A stretch of 64,000 bases of DNA from Lama glama (lineage: Eukaryota): NCBI GenBank assembly GCA_028534125.1, contig CM052816.1:23190001-23254000 (forward strand), read 5' to 3'. Positions 39,192-51,900 of this stretch are shown here, in pieces. Position 1 is the stretch's first letter; every line of letters starts with the position of its first letter. The translations under genes and the position numbers were made by a program. The notes beneath the pieces are model-generated. The model made no database searches and was not told where the DNA came from. It saw only the letters and a list, made by a program, of their open reading frames with translations.

Positions 39192-40182
39192 GTTGTATTT
39201 TTTCAATAGGTTTAAGGCAATGAAAAAACAGGGCACTGTGAGATACCATATATTTGAGGCAGCGAAGAAGAGGCGGCGAAGGTGGGACTATGAGACGGAG
39301 CCGTGCCTGACGACAGGCAGGAAAAGCACACAAGGAAGTCGTCCTCCTTCTGAAGAAGAGTGGGCCCCAATTTGGTCCTGAGTTTTTCCAGCAGCCTGCA
39401 CAAAGAGGGAAACTTGATCAGGTACATGAGTCACACTGTCCATAAAACCGGAGCAGAACAACTGCTCTGGCTGAGCGCCGTGTTCAGTCTCTGAAGTTGC
39501 TCGCTTTGGTTGAATGTTCTCACCTCGAGCTGGGCAAGCGCCTGGCCTAAGTGATTATTTGGAAGGAACCAAAAAAGTTATCTTTCCTCTGAAAAGCACA
39601 GCCTCTGAGACTCCGTGAGTGTGTAAGGAGAGATCCAGCGGGGCTGAGAGTTAACAGCTTTCTTTAATCACAGTTTTAAAACTGATTTCTCCTAGAAATT
39701 GAAGATTACTTTCTGGGTTACATGAGAGGAGAATTTAAACACTGGTAATAAACAAAAAGTACAGGGAAAAGAGGAATTAAAAAAAAAAAGTCACCCTCAA
39801 TACAGAGAACTATAAGTGGAGAAATTCAGCCCGTACTATATTTGAAACAAGCAGCACCTGATTTAATATTCCTAAAATCTTGAGGAGGTTAGGCCTGGGG
39901 CACCGTCTGAGAACATTTCTGCCTTTGGCTTTACCATATTATGTGTAGCAGAGTCAGGAATGGATGCTGAAGGCCCCAGCTCTGCCTTCAAAAGTCAGGA
40001 TGACTCTAAGTCAGTCACTCCTCTTTTCCTGCAAGATGCAAGGGTATCAAAGTTGGTGGTTGTGGGAGGGGAGGCAGAATCACACAGATTCTAACCATGG
40101 AGGCATACTTGGGCCTCCACCTGTGAAATGTTCCCTGGATAAAACGTTTTTCCTGGGCTCAGGGTCGGAACAGTAAATGTCA

Positions 40183-40276
40183 CCACCAGATGGCAGGAGT
40201 GCACGCTGCATAAATGCAGCAGCCACACACCCTTTTTTCTCTGTCTTCCAACAGCAAACTTTCCACTAGATGACAG
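40183..40276 (+). promoter_or_regulatory. Pair of CTCF-like motifs
   Basis: CCACCAGATGGCAG (40183-40196) and CCACTAGATGACAG (40263-40276), in the same orientation and 80 bp apart. Confidence 0.5.
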
Positions 40277-41502
40277 CAACGTGAATATAATTTGAATACC
40301 TTTTAATGGGTTATGTTAAAAAAATGATTTAAATTATTTTAAATCTGAGAGCAGCACTTTAAAAAAAGTATCCACAGTTGGGATTTTTTTTCCTCTAGGT
40401 GATTACTATTCTCTTTGCTTCTAGACCTCCCATACACTAACCTAATATACAAAAACAAAACACCCCCAACATTTTTGGGGTGCACATTTTATAGAACCTG
40501 GGAAAGATTACTATTTGAAACCATTATAAGTTAAGCGTTTTTGACTCCCAGACTCTTACCACAATTAAAAATTTTTAAAAAAGAATTGATTAAAATGGTC
40601 ACTTCTTTGAAGATCATTATTATTTGCTGACCACCTACTATGTGCCAAGGATTGTACTTCAATGCTTTTAAAGCATTTGTTCAATGAATCGGAATGGAGG
40701 TTTTTAAGAAAGCCCAGATTTGAATTTAAGCCTGGTTTGGGCCATTATCTCTGTATTTTCATGATTTTATTATGCTTTTTCTGCTTGAGCCATTTTCAAA
40801 TCCCATACTGAAGGAGAAATTGGCACTGCCTTCACGGTATGATTTTAAGTACATGCCCGAATGTATTCTCTCTACTTACGACTTTCCCTCTCTGTAGATG
40901 CACTACATTAACCCAATGAGATGCAATAATATATTTTGATTCTTCAGTTACCTTGAAGGCTGAAAATGAAGACTGGTTTGAAAACAATGGCAATGTAATA
41001 AACTCACTCATGCTGAGAGAGAAGTGACTGGAGAGAACAGCAGAGGAGACGAAAGGATGGCGAGAGCGAGCAGGGAGCGCTAGGTACCTGACCGGGCTGG
41101 AGAGAAGGTAGGAGATGAGGCCAGAAGGCCAGGAGTGCGGATGGGCAGCTTCACACCTCTCCGATGGTTACCCCTGCTTCATGACTTTTGAGGTTTGCTT
41201 GTACGTGGTCCCGGACAGCCAGGTGTGACCTGGTGCAGCAGAAGAGCTTTCCGCGTGGAGCAGAGACCCGAATATGTTTGAATCCCTTAAAGACAAACAG
41301 GGAACACTTGAGCTTTGAAAACAGTAACATCAAGTGGTCGTCTACGAGGCACCAGCGGTGAGAGGGAGCCTCCCCTCGGGAAGCCCCAGGACCTTCGATT
41401 TTTCTTAATTCAGTTCTAAATGGGACTAGAACCAACACAGAGCAAAGGAGGAGTAAGAAGTCAAGGACAAACATGCTTAAGACAATTTTTGTGCACAATG
41501 AT

Positions 41503-41508
41503 TTTATT
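41503..41508 (-). terminator. MINAR2: Candidate MINAR2 polyadenylation signal
   Basis: The minus strand reads ...cATTAAAgtgcagcgtaacTGTAcAATAAAatcattgtgc... followed by GU/U-rich tgtttgtccttgacttctt/tctgtgttggtt, about 1.2 kb after the stop codon. Confidence 0.55.
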
Positions 41509-42722
41509 GTACAGTTACGCTGCACTTTAATGTAATGTATTTCAAAGATCTTTAAGAGAAATACAACAAAACGATATGGCAACCCCAAAGGGCACAACCT
41601 GATGAGAAGAGGAGAAAGTCCCTGTTATGTTTCTGCCCAAGAGAGTCTGGGGGTGGGGAGGAGTCTTGAAAGAAGAGTGGGGACGAGGGACGTAGGGAAG
41701 GGTGGTGACTTGCTCCTCCTTCTGTGGCCAGAACCACATCCCCAGGTATCTGCACGCAATGAAAGGTGACTTCAGGTGCTGATTAACCGTATTAGTGGTA
41801 ACAACCGCAGTTAACTAGGCAACTGCTCACTAGGACTCAGGCATTACTCTTCTCTGTGCCCCTGATTCAGTCCTTAGCAAAGCGCTCCTGGGGAGGGGAT
41901 ACAATTTCTCAGAGAGAACAACTTGCCTGGGGTCCAAGAGTTAGCAAAAGGCACAGTTAGGACGCAAGCCCTGTTCCCAGGGCAGCAGTCCCTCTGCTCT
42001 CCCAGGGCCAGGGCTGGTGATCTGTCCTGACTGCCACCAGGGGTCACACCAGCCACTACAGATCAGCCAGGAAGCACAACTGGATCTAAACGTGATTAAT
42101 TATAGAACTAGGGCCTGTCCAAGTTTAGGTCTACTAAAATCGCAACCCAAAACTGAGGCATTATAAAGGATTACTGGGAAAATAAAAATATGTTTAAATA
42201 TTCCTCCCCCCTTTTATTCTGGCTTAAACAGGAACAAAGGCAGATAAAACAGCATGAATCCAACTCAACAGCACAACCAGAAGCTTTTATGCTGTATACC
42301 TGGCCGTTGGCCAGAAAATGATCTACTCAACTTTCCTGGTGACGACAGGAGGGCAGTAACTGTTTTAAAAACAAGGTGAACATAGTGCAAGCATTAAGAC
42401 AAAAGCTGCTGACAACTGTTGGGGCTGTTCTGTTCTCTATGAAAGCGTTAAATTTTGGTTCTATGTACTAACTTTTCAATGGTTTTGATCCCCAGAATTC
42501 CCACTTCCCAAAGGACAAAGCTCAGGCTGGAATTCTTACAAAGGTTTCACAGGACAGTCGAGAAAGCCAGTGTGCCTCAAACAATGTTTGTATTCTGCAA
42601 GACAGTTACACTTCACTGTACAATCAACAGTACATTCACACTCCGTGAACGCCTTTTTCTGCAAATGTTTATTTAGAAAGATTTTAAAGAAATTTGAGGT
42701 GGCGACGTCGGCGGTGGTTTCT

Positions 42723-42902
42723 TTAGGTGAAAAAAGCACTAACAGTCACTATGGAAACCAAGACGCAGGCAACAAGGAGCAAAATCAGAGCTACACGACA
42801 ACATCTGGAATGCTTCTCTTGTTCCTCTTCCTTTTTCAGTAAGGTATCAAAGCCTGGTGTGTACATGTCCCCCAGCCAAAACCGTAGGTCATTAGGGTTT
42901 TC
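42723..42902 (-). CDS. MINAR2: MINAR2 last coding exon (C-terminal transmembrane anchor)
   Basis: Acceptor ttttcttgtag|GAA. Encodes ENPNDLRFWLGDMYTPGFDTLLKKEEEQEKHSRCCRVALILLLVACVLVSIVTVSAFFT-TAA (180 nt, phase 0), which matches the MINAR2 C-terminus. Confidence 0.95.
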   Translation of the reverse strand, partial: ENPNDLRFWLGDMYTPGFDTLLKKEEEQEKHSRCCRVALILLLVACVLVSIVTVSAFFT

Positions 42903-45344
42903 CTACAAGAAAATTACAGGGAGAGCAGGATCAATCAGTGCTACAGATGAACTAAAATTGCAGATCAAGACGCTGTAAGTACTTTACATCCATATTCACA
43001 CTGTCCTGGGTGAGGCTTAAGTGTCACAGCTCAAATGAGAGAGGCTAGGCTTCCCTGAATAGCACAAACGCATGGCTACAGCCTCGGGTGACCAGGAATC
43101 CTCAGCTCCCACCCTGAGGTCTGCATGAGAATTCATTAGGAAGTCTGTATCATTTATTGATTAAATTGCTCATATTTGAGGGTCAGAAAGACATCAGTGT
43201 TTCTGTCATTTTTTAGCCAATTCACTGTCTCTTACAACTCACAGTGTCTGTCAATCAGGTTAATGAGTTGAAATAAAATTTTAAATTCCTTGCCTTAGAT
43301 GAGTCTTGGCAGTTCGATTCATTTGGCAAGGCAGGGATACAGATGTTTGGTGAGGTTTTCAGTAAATCCAGAAGCTGACTTCCACGGAAGGAGGAGTAAG
43401 ACCAAGAGTCAAGCGTCTATACCATGCTTCTGTTCTTTTGGCCTTCCTTGCAGGGGGCTATGGCATGGAGGCGAGCAGAAGCTCGGGCACTGTCTGCCCT
43501 TCTGAAGAAAGGACCCAATATGTCCTTCCTACCCCACATCACCTCCTATTCCTCATGGCTCTGTTTCTCTCACTGGCCTTGGCTCCCTTTCAGCTGTGCA
43601 GAATCGTCTTCAACTCAACATCCTCTCCTATGTCCAACAAATCACCTACAAACTCTACTGTCTATACATTTAAAACATATATATATATACGTGTGTGTGT
43701 ATTTAATATATAATATATGTATTTTCCTATTATTTCCTGCTATGTTTCTGTGCTGAAGATTCAGTGTCTATGCCTGGCATCTAGTAGACACACAACACAT
43801 TTATGGTGAATGCTGAATTTCTGTTTTCACAGACGCACTTCAGGCACCATTACTTCTCAACTGGATTGTTACAGTGGCTTGCAGCTGGGCTGCCCACCTT
43901 CTCTCTGCCTCAGGTGGACTTAGAGTCAGCCAGTTTCCACGGCTGGACGCAAGGCTAATGAACCAGCTTCGACTGTTAAGAGAGGAATGGCATGCCTGTA
44001 GGGAGCCTGGGGGGACTCTGGTGATGGCAACATAACTCCTGTCTCACATTCAAGTCTTAGAAAAGCTAAAATAGTAAAATTTGGATGCTGTGTGCAGGGG
44101 GATCGGTGATTTAAAAACCCTTGCCTCCTTCATCCTTATCCTTCATTTAGTCTGTGTCTTAATCAGAGACCCGCACTCAGCCTGCAAGTTCAATGCCTTG
44201 TTCTTCAGTAAGAACTTCCATAAGACTGTTCTCTCCTATGTTCTGCTTAGAGCTTGCCTTGGTAACAAAATACAGGCTTCTCTTATCTTTTCTAATTTAG
44301 AAACTCTTGGTAGCTTAGAAAAATGGGAGTGGCCAAGGCAAGTGGAACTTTTACGGCCCACAAGCGGTTGAAAATGTCTCAGACAGTAAGCTAGGGGCTC
44401 TGGCTGCTAATTATGAGCCATGGGCAGGGATGCGATGAAAGAGGTTGAATTCATGAGGTGTAAGAAGAGATCCTAATGAAAACAAAAGTCGTGACTTCCA
44501 CAAGCATCCCTCAAGCAAGGTGAGTGCTGAGGAAGAGCATGGCGAGGTCTGTACTCGTACCTCCCACTGGAGGGGCCTCTGCTCTGAGGTGAGCAAATGT
44601 GCACGCAGAGGGCGTGCGGGGGGGGGGGCGGGGGTGCTGAGCCTGGCTGCAGTGAAGCAGTGCATCCAGCACACTCACGCTCAGTCCTCCTAAGCAGGCC
44701 TCACGGTACTGTGCAACCCCCAAGTTACCCCTCACCGCCAGTGATTTTCAGTCCCTTTAGCCTTACATCTGAACATTTTCTTTGAGTGTTTGTCGGCCCC
44801 CTCCCCCTGCCGCCGTTATTCTGTTCCTTCAGCTATAGCCCCAGCAAAGCTGGACTGCTTACTGTTCTAACAGGCCCTCTCACACTCTTGTATTTATGCC
44901 TTTTTTCCTGGTTACTTCTGACAGAAGAGAGCCTCCCCACTGATGCAAACACCCTAGGTCTTCTGGCATCCTACAGGCCCTTCCAGCTCAGCATACGTTA
45001 ACTTTTGCGTGAAGGCTTCTTCTAATCCAGTAGGACGTGGTCCCCCTCTGAATCTGCACAGCACTTTCCACTGTCCTGATCGTGACATTAATCAGTTCAT
45101 TTTTCCTACCTGTAGAAAGCTATTTCTTAGAGGTCCTGATAAGCCTGATGAAAAACACAACATTACAGTTGCCAGAGGGGGAGCATCCGTTATGGAAATG
45201 CCTCTGGAAAAGAGGCTGCAGTAACGGGGAGACACACCAAATCCTCTAGGAGAGTAAGAAACTTTAAAAATTTTGGACAGTAAGCTATTTCAAGGAGTGC
45301 ACATCTGAGACTAAAAAAAAAGTGTAAAGGTATAAGGGGAACAA

Positions 45345-45567
45345 GTAGACTTATTTACAAACCAGAAAGAGACTCACAGACACAGAAAACAGACTTATGG
45401 TTACCAAAGGGGAAAGAGGGAGGGGGAGGGTAAACTGGGAGTTTGGGATTAGCAGATACACACTACTAGATACAAAATAGGTGAAAGGTCCTCCTGTATA
45501 GCACAGGGAAACATATTCAATAATTTGTAATAACCTATGATGAAAAACAATATGAAAAGAATATATA

Positions 45568-45614
<47 letters not shown>

Positions 45615-45730
45615 CTGAATCAGATTGCTGTACTCCAGAAACTAACACAACATTGTAAATCAACTGTAATTCGATAAAATTTTTTTTTTTTGGAAAAAAA
45701 GGGAGAAAAGAAAAGACTTAAAAAAAAAAA
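45345..45730 (+). mobile_element. L1 3' end in MINAR2 intron 2 with internal (TA)n
   Basis: acttatttacaaaccagaaagagactcacagac...agcacagggaaacatattcaa...acaacattgtaaatcaact. A (TA)n tract lies at ~45572-45613. The TSD-like tataagggga lies at 45331-45340 and 45734-45743. Confidence 0.85.
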
Positions 45731-46575
45731 GACTATAAGGGGACATAATGCTGTTCCCTTAGAAGAAAAAACCTGCAGTTGATTAAGGTTTGGGGCGTAG
45801 AACAGACATACATTGTTAAAGGAAGGGGACTTGGAAATGCAGGCCTTCCTGGCCCTAGGGGGCGGGCAGAGGCAAGTGAAGCCTGCATAGGCATCCGGCC
45901 CACTCGGAAAACAGAGGGCCAGTCGCCCTGCTTTTCAGGTATTTCTAGACCCTCTGTTTGACGGATGATACCGGGGGAGGGGAAAGAGAAAAAACTGAGT
46001 TGGGTTTAAGCTGGGTGAATGAGTTCATTGCATACTTTTCCTGTGCTGAAATGTTTTTGTTTTGTTTTGTTACCGAGACACAGGAAAATGTCCAGAATGT
46101 AAATCTGCAATCTTAAATCACCGAGTGGGCTTGAAATAAAATGATCTTTGATGAGAACTGCCTTGCACAGCACCCAAGACAGAGCAATTAATCAGTATTT
46201 TTAAATAAATGTCGAATACGGGATTCTTAAGTATTCACAGACCTAAACGGTCATGAAACTAGGGGAAAGCATACTTGATCTGGCAAATGAATCTTCAAAA
46301 CCTGTTACCTTCCAGGTGAACCTTTCTTTTCTACCACATCATTTCTTTCTACACTACAGAGATGCGAGTAATTACTGAAATTGTAAAATACAAGATAAGT
46401 AAATAAACACAAATACTGAGTAGGAGAGAGAAAGTGAAGTCAGAGGTCAAAGCCACCTGAAATCTGGAGATTTTGTGCTTAGTGAAGTGCTTCTCATCTC
46501 AATACTGGTATCTTTCAGGATGACTTAACTGATCTCTGTCATCCATTAAAGGAATTAATTCTTTAACCTGAGTAC

Positions 46576-46803
46576 CTTCAGATGCCCAGAGAGGTTTGTA
46601 TGCAGGGAGTGCTTGTCATATTCCTCAATGGTCCATGAAGGATTCTTTTTTCTTTCTTCCATAGCTTCCTCCAAACTTACGTCATCATACAGCGGGTTAT
46701 TTTTCAGACCCGACGACAGGGATGGTGGGGGGCCCTCAGTGGCGACAGCACCTCTTGAATGAGATCCCCTCATTCGTTGAGCAGTAATATTCTTCTTTTC
46801 TCT
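46576..46803 (-). CDS. MINAR2: MINAR2 middle coding exon
   Basis: Acceptor ctcctgacag|AGA and donor AAG|gtactc. The exon is 228 nt, phase 0, and encodes REKKNITAQRMRGSHSRGAVATEGPPPSLSSGLKNNPLYDDVSLEEAMEERKKNPSWTIEEYDKHSLHTNLSGHLK. Confidence 0.95.
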
Positions 46804-47384
46804 CTGTCAGGAGGCATAGTGACAAGGCTTCTCTTACCAACGGGCCACTGATGACGGAGAAGGCAACATGAAATAACCCGACCGGAAAGTTTGCTCATTC
46901 TGCCTGGAGCCAACAGGTCAGGACAACACATGGGGAAGGAAATCTAGGATCTAGTGTGACCTAGAATCCTGTCATTAATTGAGTTCTTTCTTTGAATGTG
47001 ATCTTGTTCAGCTTCAGTAATCATTCACTGAAATGCTGTTTTATAACTACAGGAAAAGAATACTGTTTTTTCATTCAAATAGTAGAATTCTAAACAGAGC
47101 CATTTTCCCCAGCTCACTTGCATGGAGATTTAATGACATTTTACTTCTTTTTACTTGCACATCCCATGATTGATAAAAATAACACTTAACACTGCTGTAA
47201 TTATCTAGCAATACTGAGATCAACGGGCATTTTTTAGATACGTGTTGGCTTTCATGGGAACTCCCTTGGGACCCCCACTTCAGGCAGCTGGGGGAACTGG
47301 GCTCGCTTGGCACTGCACTCCTGCACCGATCTACAGGCCGGCTGACTATCAGATGGTTCTAATTCTGACTTTCAGATCTTTAAA

Positions 47385-47650
47385 AACTTTTTTTTTTCAC
47401 TGAAGCATGGTGTACATATAGAAAAGTGCATATATTATGAACGTAGGGCTCAATAAATTTTCACATTCCAAAGAAACCCAAGATTCTACGAAGAAACAGA
47501 CCATTACCAGCACACCTCATACTCCCCTGCAGTCACTCTCTCCCCCAGCCCAGGGAGAACCAGTACCCCAAATATAACAACATAGGTCAGCTGTGCTCAT
47601 TTATATAAATGGAAACAATCATACAATGTGTGCTTTTCTGTGTCTGCTAT
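47385..47650 (-). mobile_element. Old L1 (L1MB-like) 3' end
   Basis: Poly-T then tgaagcatggtgtacatatagaaaagtgcatatatt...aagaaacagaccattaccagc...ttatataaatggaa, a reversed L1MB-like terminus. Confidence 0.6.
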
Positions 47651-48959
47651 GACCTTCACATTTTTACTTTGCTTTTTTTTCCCCCTTATGACTATAAAAC
47701 TATCATGAAGGGAGGAAAATTTGAGATTATAATTTGTTTACTGGCCGAGCAAAACCGAAAAAAAACAAAACGCTTATAGACTAATTTATAAATAATTTAT
47801 CATGGGGCATTATGGGAGAGGAATTTCACATAAGTTAATCTTCAGAAAACTTAGGTTTGACCCTTAATAGCTGGTGACACATTTCATTAATTGACAGCAA
47901 TTTTTCAATAAATGTGTTTCACATATTTCAGCCTTCCTAAACAGAGAACTTTCAATAGCAATTAATATTCCTCTGAGTCATATTTATAAACATCAATGCA
48001 CTGATTCCCTCAGCATGTGGTGGGGTGTATAGGTCACATTAAATATGTGTTTATATAAGCTATGTTGTAAACTAAGATTATATATAGTTTCCTTCTGAAA
48101 TGGCTGGCAGGCCAAAAAAATCATCTAGATAGAGCCACTCACATTCTCTTTGGCCATAGGTTTCTTTAATTTTCTTAATCCAGACATTTTTTACATACTT
48201 AGAGATCAGCTTGGTGATCTTCTCTGACTTTATTACATTGCTGGTCTGTTCAAAATCAATTTATATTCTATATAATACTGAAGTTTGCAATGAAATAATA
48301 AATCATCTTGACTTAGCATTTGTCTTTAAGATGGATGACTTCATGAAAAATGTTTCAAATTGAGAAAAAACAATTTGATATGAAATTTAGATTGTTTCAG
48401 TTTAGCATAATTCTGACTCAAGTTTTTTTTTTTTTTCTTCAAGGCTAGGAATCTTTGATCATCTCTGAAGAGAAGTAATTCTCCTGACATTGAAAAATTG
48501 GCTTTGTCAGTTTTCTTGCCTGCTGAACTATTCCTTGAGCTCCTTAAATAAGAAAGCTCTATAAATGAGAAAAATATAGTTTTGGGGGCAAAGAAAAAAA
48601 TACACTCTGTTGCAATGTATAAAGACCTTGAAAAACTAATATACAAAAAGCCAGCAAACTAATCAGAGCTGTATTTTAAAAGATCATTCAAGTCCTTAAT
48701 TCTAAACCATATTCTTGAGAGTTTGAGGTTTATTCTAGAACATGGTGTTACTTATTTTAGCATTGCATGACAATTTTATGTCTGAAGGACATGTGAAGGG
48801 AAAATTAATAGAATAACTTTATGAAGAATTTGATGGCAGAAATAGAAAATAATAATGTTTGAAGTCCTTTTGTATTTTGACAAATTTTTCACATCTTTTA
48901 TGAGAGAAAACAAAGCATATATTTGATCTAACTCTTCACTACACATTCCAGATAGACTG

Positions 48960-51900
48960 CATTTACCAAAAGGAAATGCAACAGTAACCCATTAATTTAA
49001 TTATATGGACTATAAAATAACTTATATTTAAAAATATTTATTTAAGGAAAGTAACACTTCAAAACTTGCCTAGGTTTTTCTGTATTAACCATTACTTTAT
49101 CCATTTATGCCACTTATGTGTAAGTAAACTATCATTTAACAAAAAGAGTGAAATAGTTTCACACAAACAAAAATTGAGGGTATTCAATTAATAGGCCAGT
49201 AATTAAGGAGTCTCTAAAAATGTACTTCAGGAAAAAGAAACCTGATGCTACAAGAAAAGATTGAGATGCAAGAAGGAATGCTAAGCAAAACAAACAAAAA
49301 TAGAACAAAATAAAAAAATGATAAGTATATGTGGAAATGTAAGTTAAGCATTGGTTTTATGGTAAAATAGAAACAATTGCTAATTTGTGAGTTTTAAGAT
49401 AGGAGACAACTAAAACTGGGCAGTAAAAAGTTTAAAAAAGACAGATATATTTGATTAGGACATTTTAAGAAATCATTTCAGTGAGAAGATAGAGATATTT
49501 ACTAAAAAATAGAGAAAAAATTTATAGCTTCTAAATCAGCTATAAGAAGAAAAATGATAAAGGAAAGTTGATTAATCTGTGAGAAACCTGAAATAAAGAA
49601 TATAGAGGAGAAAGCCTTAATGAAAATAGAAAAAGTTTTGAAATAATCATGTTAAATATAAATAGACTAAACCCTCTATTTAAACGCCAGAGATTATCAG
49701 ATCGGATTTAAAAAATTAACTTTAATTGTCTAACATTTACAAGAGAAATACCTAAAATATAAGGACTCAGCAAAAAAGGGAGTGAAAGAATGTAAAAAGA
49801 TGTAGCAGGCACATATAAACAAACAAGAGCCAGGCGTTGTGCTGACATTAAATGCTCACCAATACTGTTTTCCCTTCCTGAGTGCACAGGATGACTGCCT
49901 TTCCCAGGCTGTGGTGAAGTCAAACTGGGGCCAGCTCTTTGCTAGTTGATGATGTGTGGACAAAAGTAACAGCAACCACTTCCAAGTCAGGCCTCTGAAA
50001 TCTCCAGCAAGATTTTCGGCTCACTTTTCTTCACTTTCCATTTTTGTGTCAGTGCAAGCAAGAGTTCTGAGATGGAAGAGCTACAGGATGAAAGAACTTG
50101 AAGGCCTGGGATACTGCTTGCAAAAGGGCTGTCCCCAAACCCATCTGCCCTTCCTCAGACTCTTCATGAGCAAGACATTTGTTTTCTTCTTAGTTACTGA
50201 TATTTTGTTATCACAGTGTAGCCTCGCCTACAATCCCTAGTATGGAAAGTGGTATCTTGAAACTCTGAAAATGTGTGGCACTGGCTTAATACTCAAGAAA
50301 TGGAAAGGGAGGAAAGGGTATCAGAGGCTGGATGGGTGGTTATTCATAGCACACAGTGAGAAATGCTTGGTGTAAGTGTCATCTGTGGTAACTTGGAATC
50401 TAAACCCCCATAGCTCTAGGAGAGAGATTATAAATAATCAGAGAATTTATGTACATATGTACAAGAATCACAGCATTGGTGTAATGCAAAAAAGAGACAG
50501 TATTAGAGAAAGAACAGGATAATTTATAAGAAGATGTGAACGAGAATAAAGAGCATCTAGAAATTTGATTCCTTCTATCGTCAAAAGTCTGTTTATAGAC
50601 CACCAAATACTAAGACGTAGAATTATTTTAAAAACAATACACTGAGCGGAAAAAAAAAAAGCCCACTAAAACTTCTTAGTGGAATGAAATGAGTCAGGGT
50701 AAAGGTCATGTTAGGGTGTGGTTTCACAGCTACTATTCCTGACTGCCTCCAGGTGTTTGTCACTGAGTCAAAGGATGGAGAGATGGAGGCAGAGAAGCAA
50801 AGCATTGAAGCCCATTTAAGTTAGACCTTCAAAGAACTTTAGGTGTGTTTACTGACCTATAGAACTGACTGCAACTAAACAGACACGGTGACATTAATAA
50901 ATAGCTGACAGTAAGATTTGTAAGAAATATATTGCCAAAGAAACCACAAGCCTAGACCTAAAAGATTTTGATGGTTTATAAAACAAAACCAACGGAATAA
51001 ACAATAACCCTGAACCTCCAAATGTCCATAAATAGGAGTAAACTTTGAAGGCTAAGCAGCCTTTGGAGAAGGGCCCACTTCTGATGTCAAAAGAGACTGA
51101 CGAACAAGCATTCCACTTCCTAGGAAGCGGAACCCGGGACTACGGAGAACAGCGCACCGGGAGGCCTTATCAAAAGCAGAAGCATGGCCTAGTCCACCTC
51201 CCCACCTTCAGGGAAGGGGGCCCACGTGAACTAGTCTGTGAATTACCTTTGAGCAGCGACGGCTGCCTTTCCCTGTTCCCGTTCAGAAAGGAAGAACTCG
51301 TGTGGTCATTTCATTCCTGGTCCAACAAAGCTTACAGGATGGTGTGGAGGGGGTTATCTGCTGAATGGAGCCCCGGTTCCCCTGGGGATTAGTACTTCCA
51401 GGGGAGGGTGCATGCTACGTGCAGAAAGATGAAACGTATGTGTATATATGTTTAACAGTATGATACGCTGTGGCAGAGCCGGGCTAGATACTCAGCAAAC
51501 CCATTTCTTCTTCACGGCACACAACAGCTGGACTGGGACGTGTGACCAATGGAACACAGCCCTGAGCCCGAAAGTCCTTGTAAAGATCCGGGGCTTAGCC
51601 TCCCTCTTCTGTCTACAAGCATAGCAAAGATTCTGGTATAACACAGCCTCCAGAAGGATCAGCCTGGGTTCCACCTGGAAGCAAGCCCTTAAGGGCATTT
51701 TTTGATCCATAAAAGAGCCTGTGGGTATACTGCGTTAAGTTACTAAGAATTTGGGCATATTTGTTTCCACAACATCACTTAACCTGACTAAGCACTAAGA
51801 AAGTATCTATGTCAGACAAAATAAACTTTCAGGTAAAAGACTTTGTTAGACATAGAAAATGTTGCTGGAAAGTGAATACATGTAGACACAATCAGCAAAA

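Noticed and set aside
41151..41597. 148-aa minus-strand ORF downstream of MINAR2
   Set aside because: It overlaps the likely 3' UTR end and poly(A) region, has a non-ATG start, and shows no homology.
45169..45185. CTCF-like TTGCCAGAGGGGGAGCA
   Set aside because: Several mismatches in the 5' half of the core make it too weak to call.
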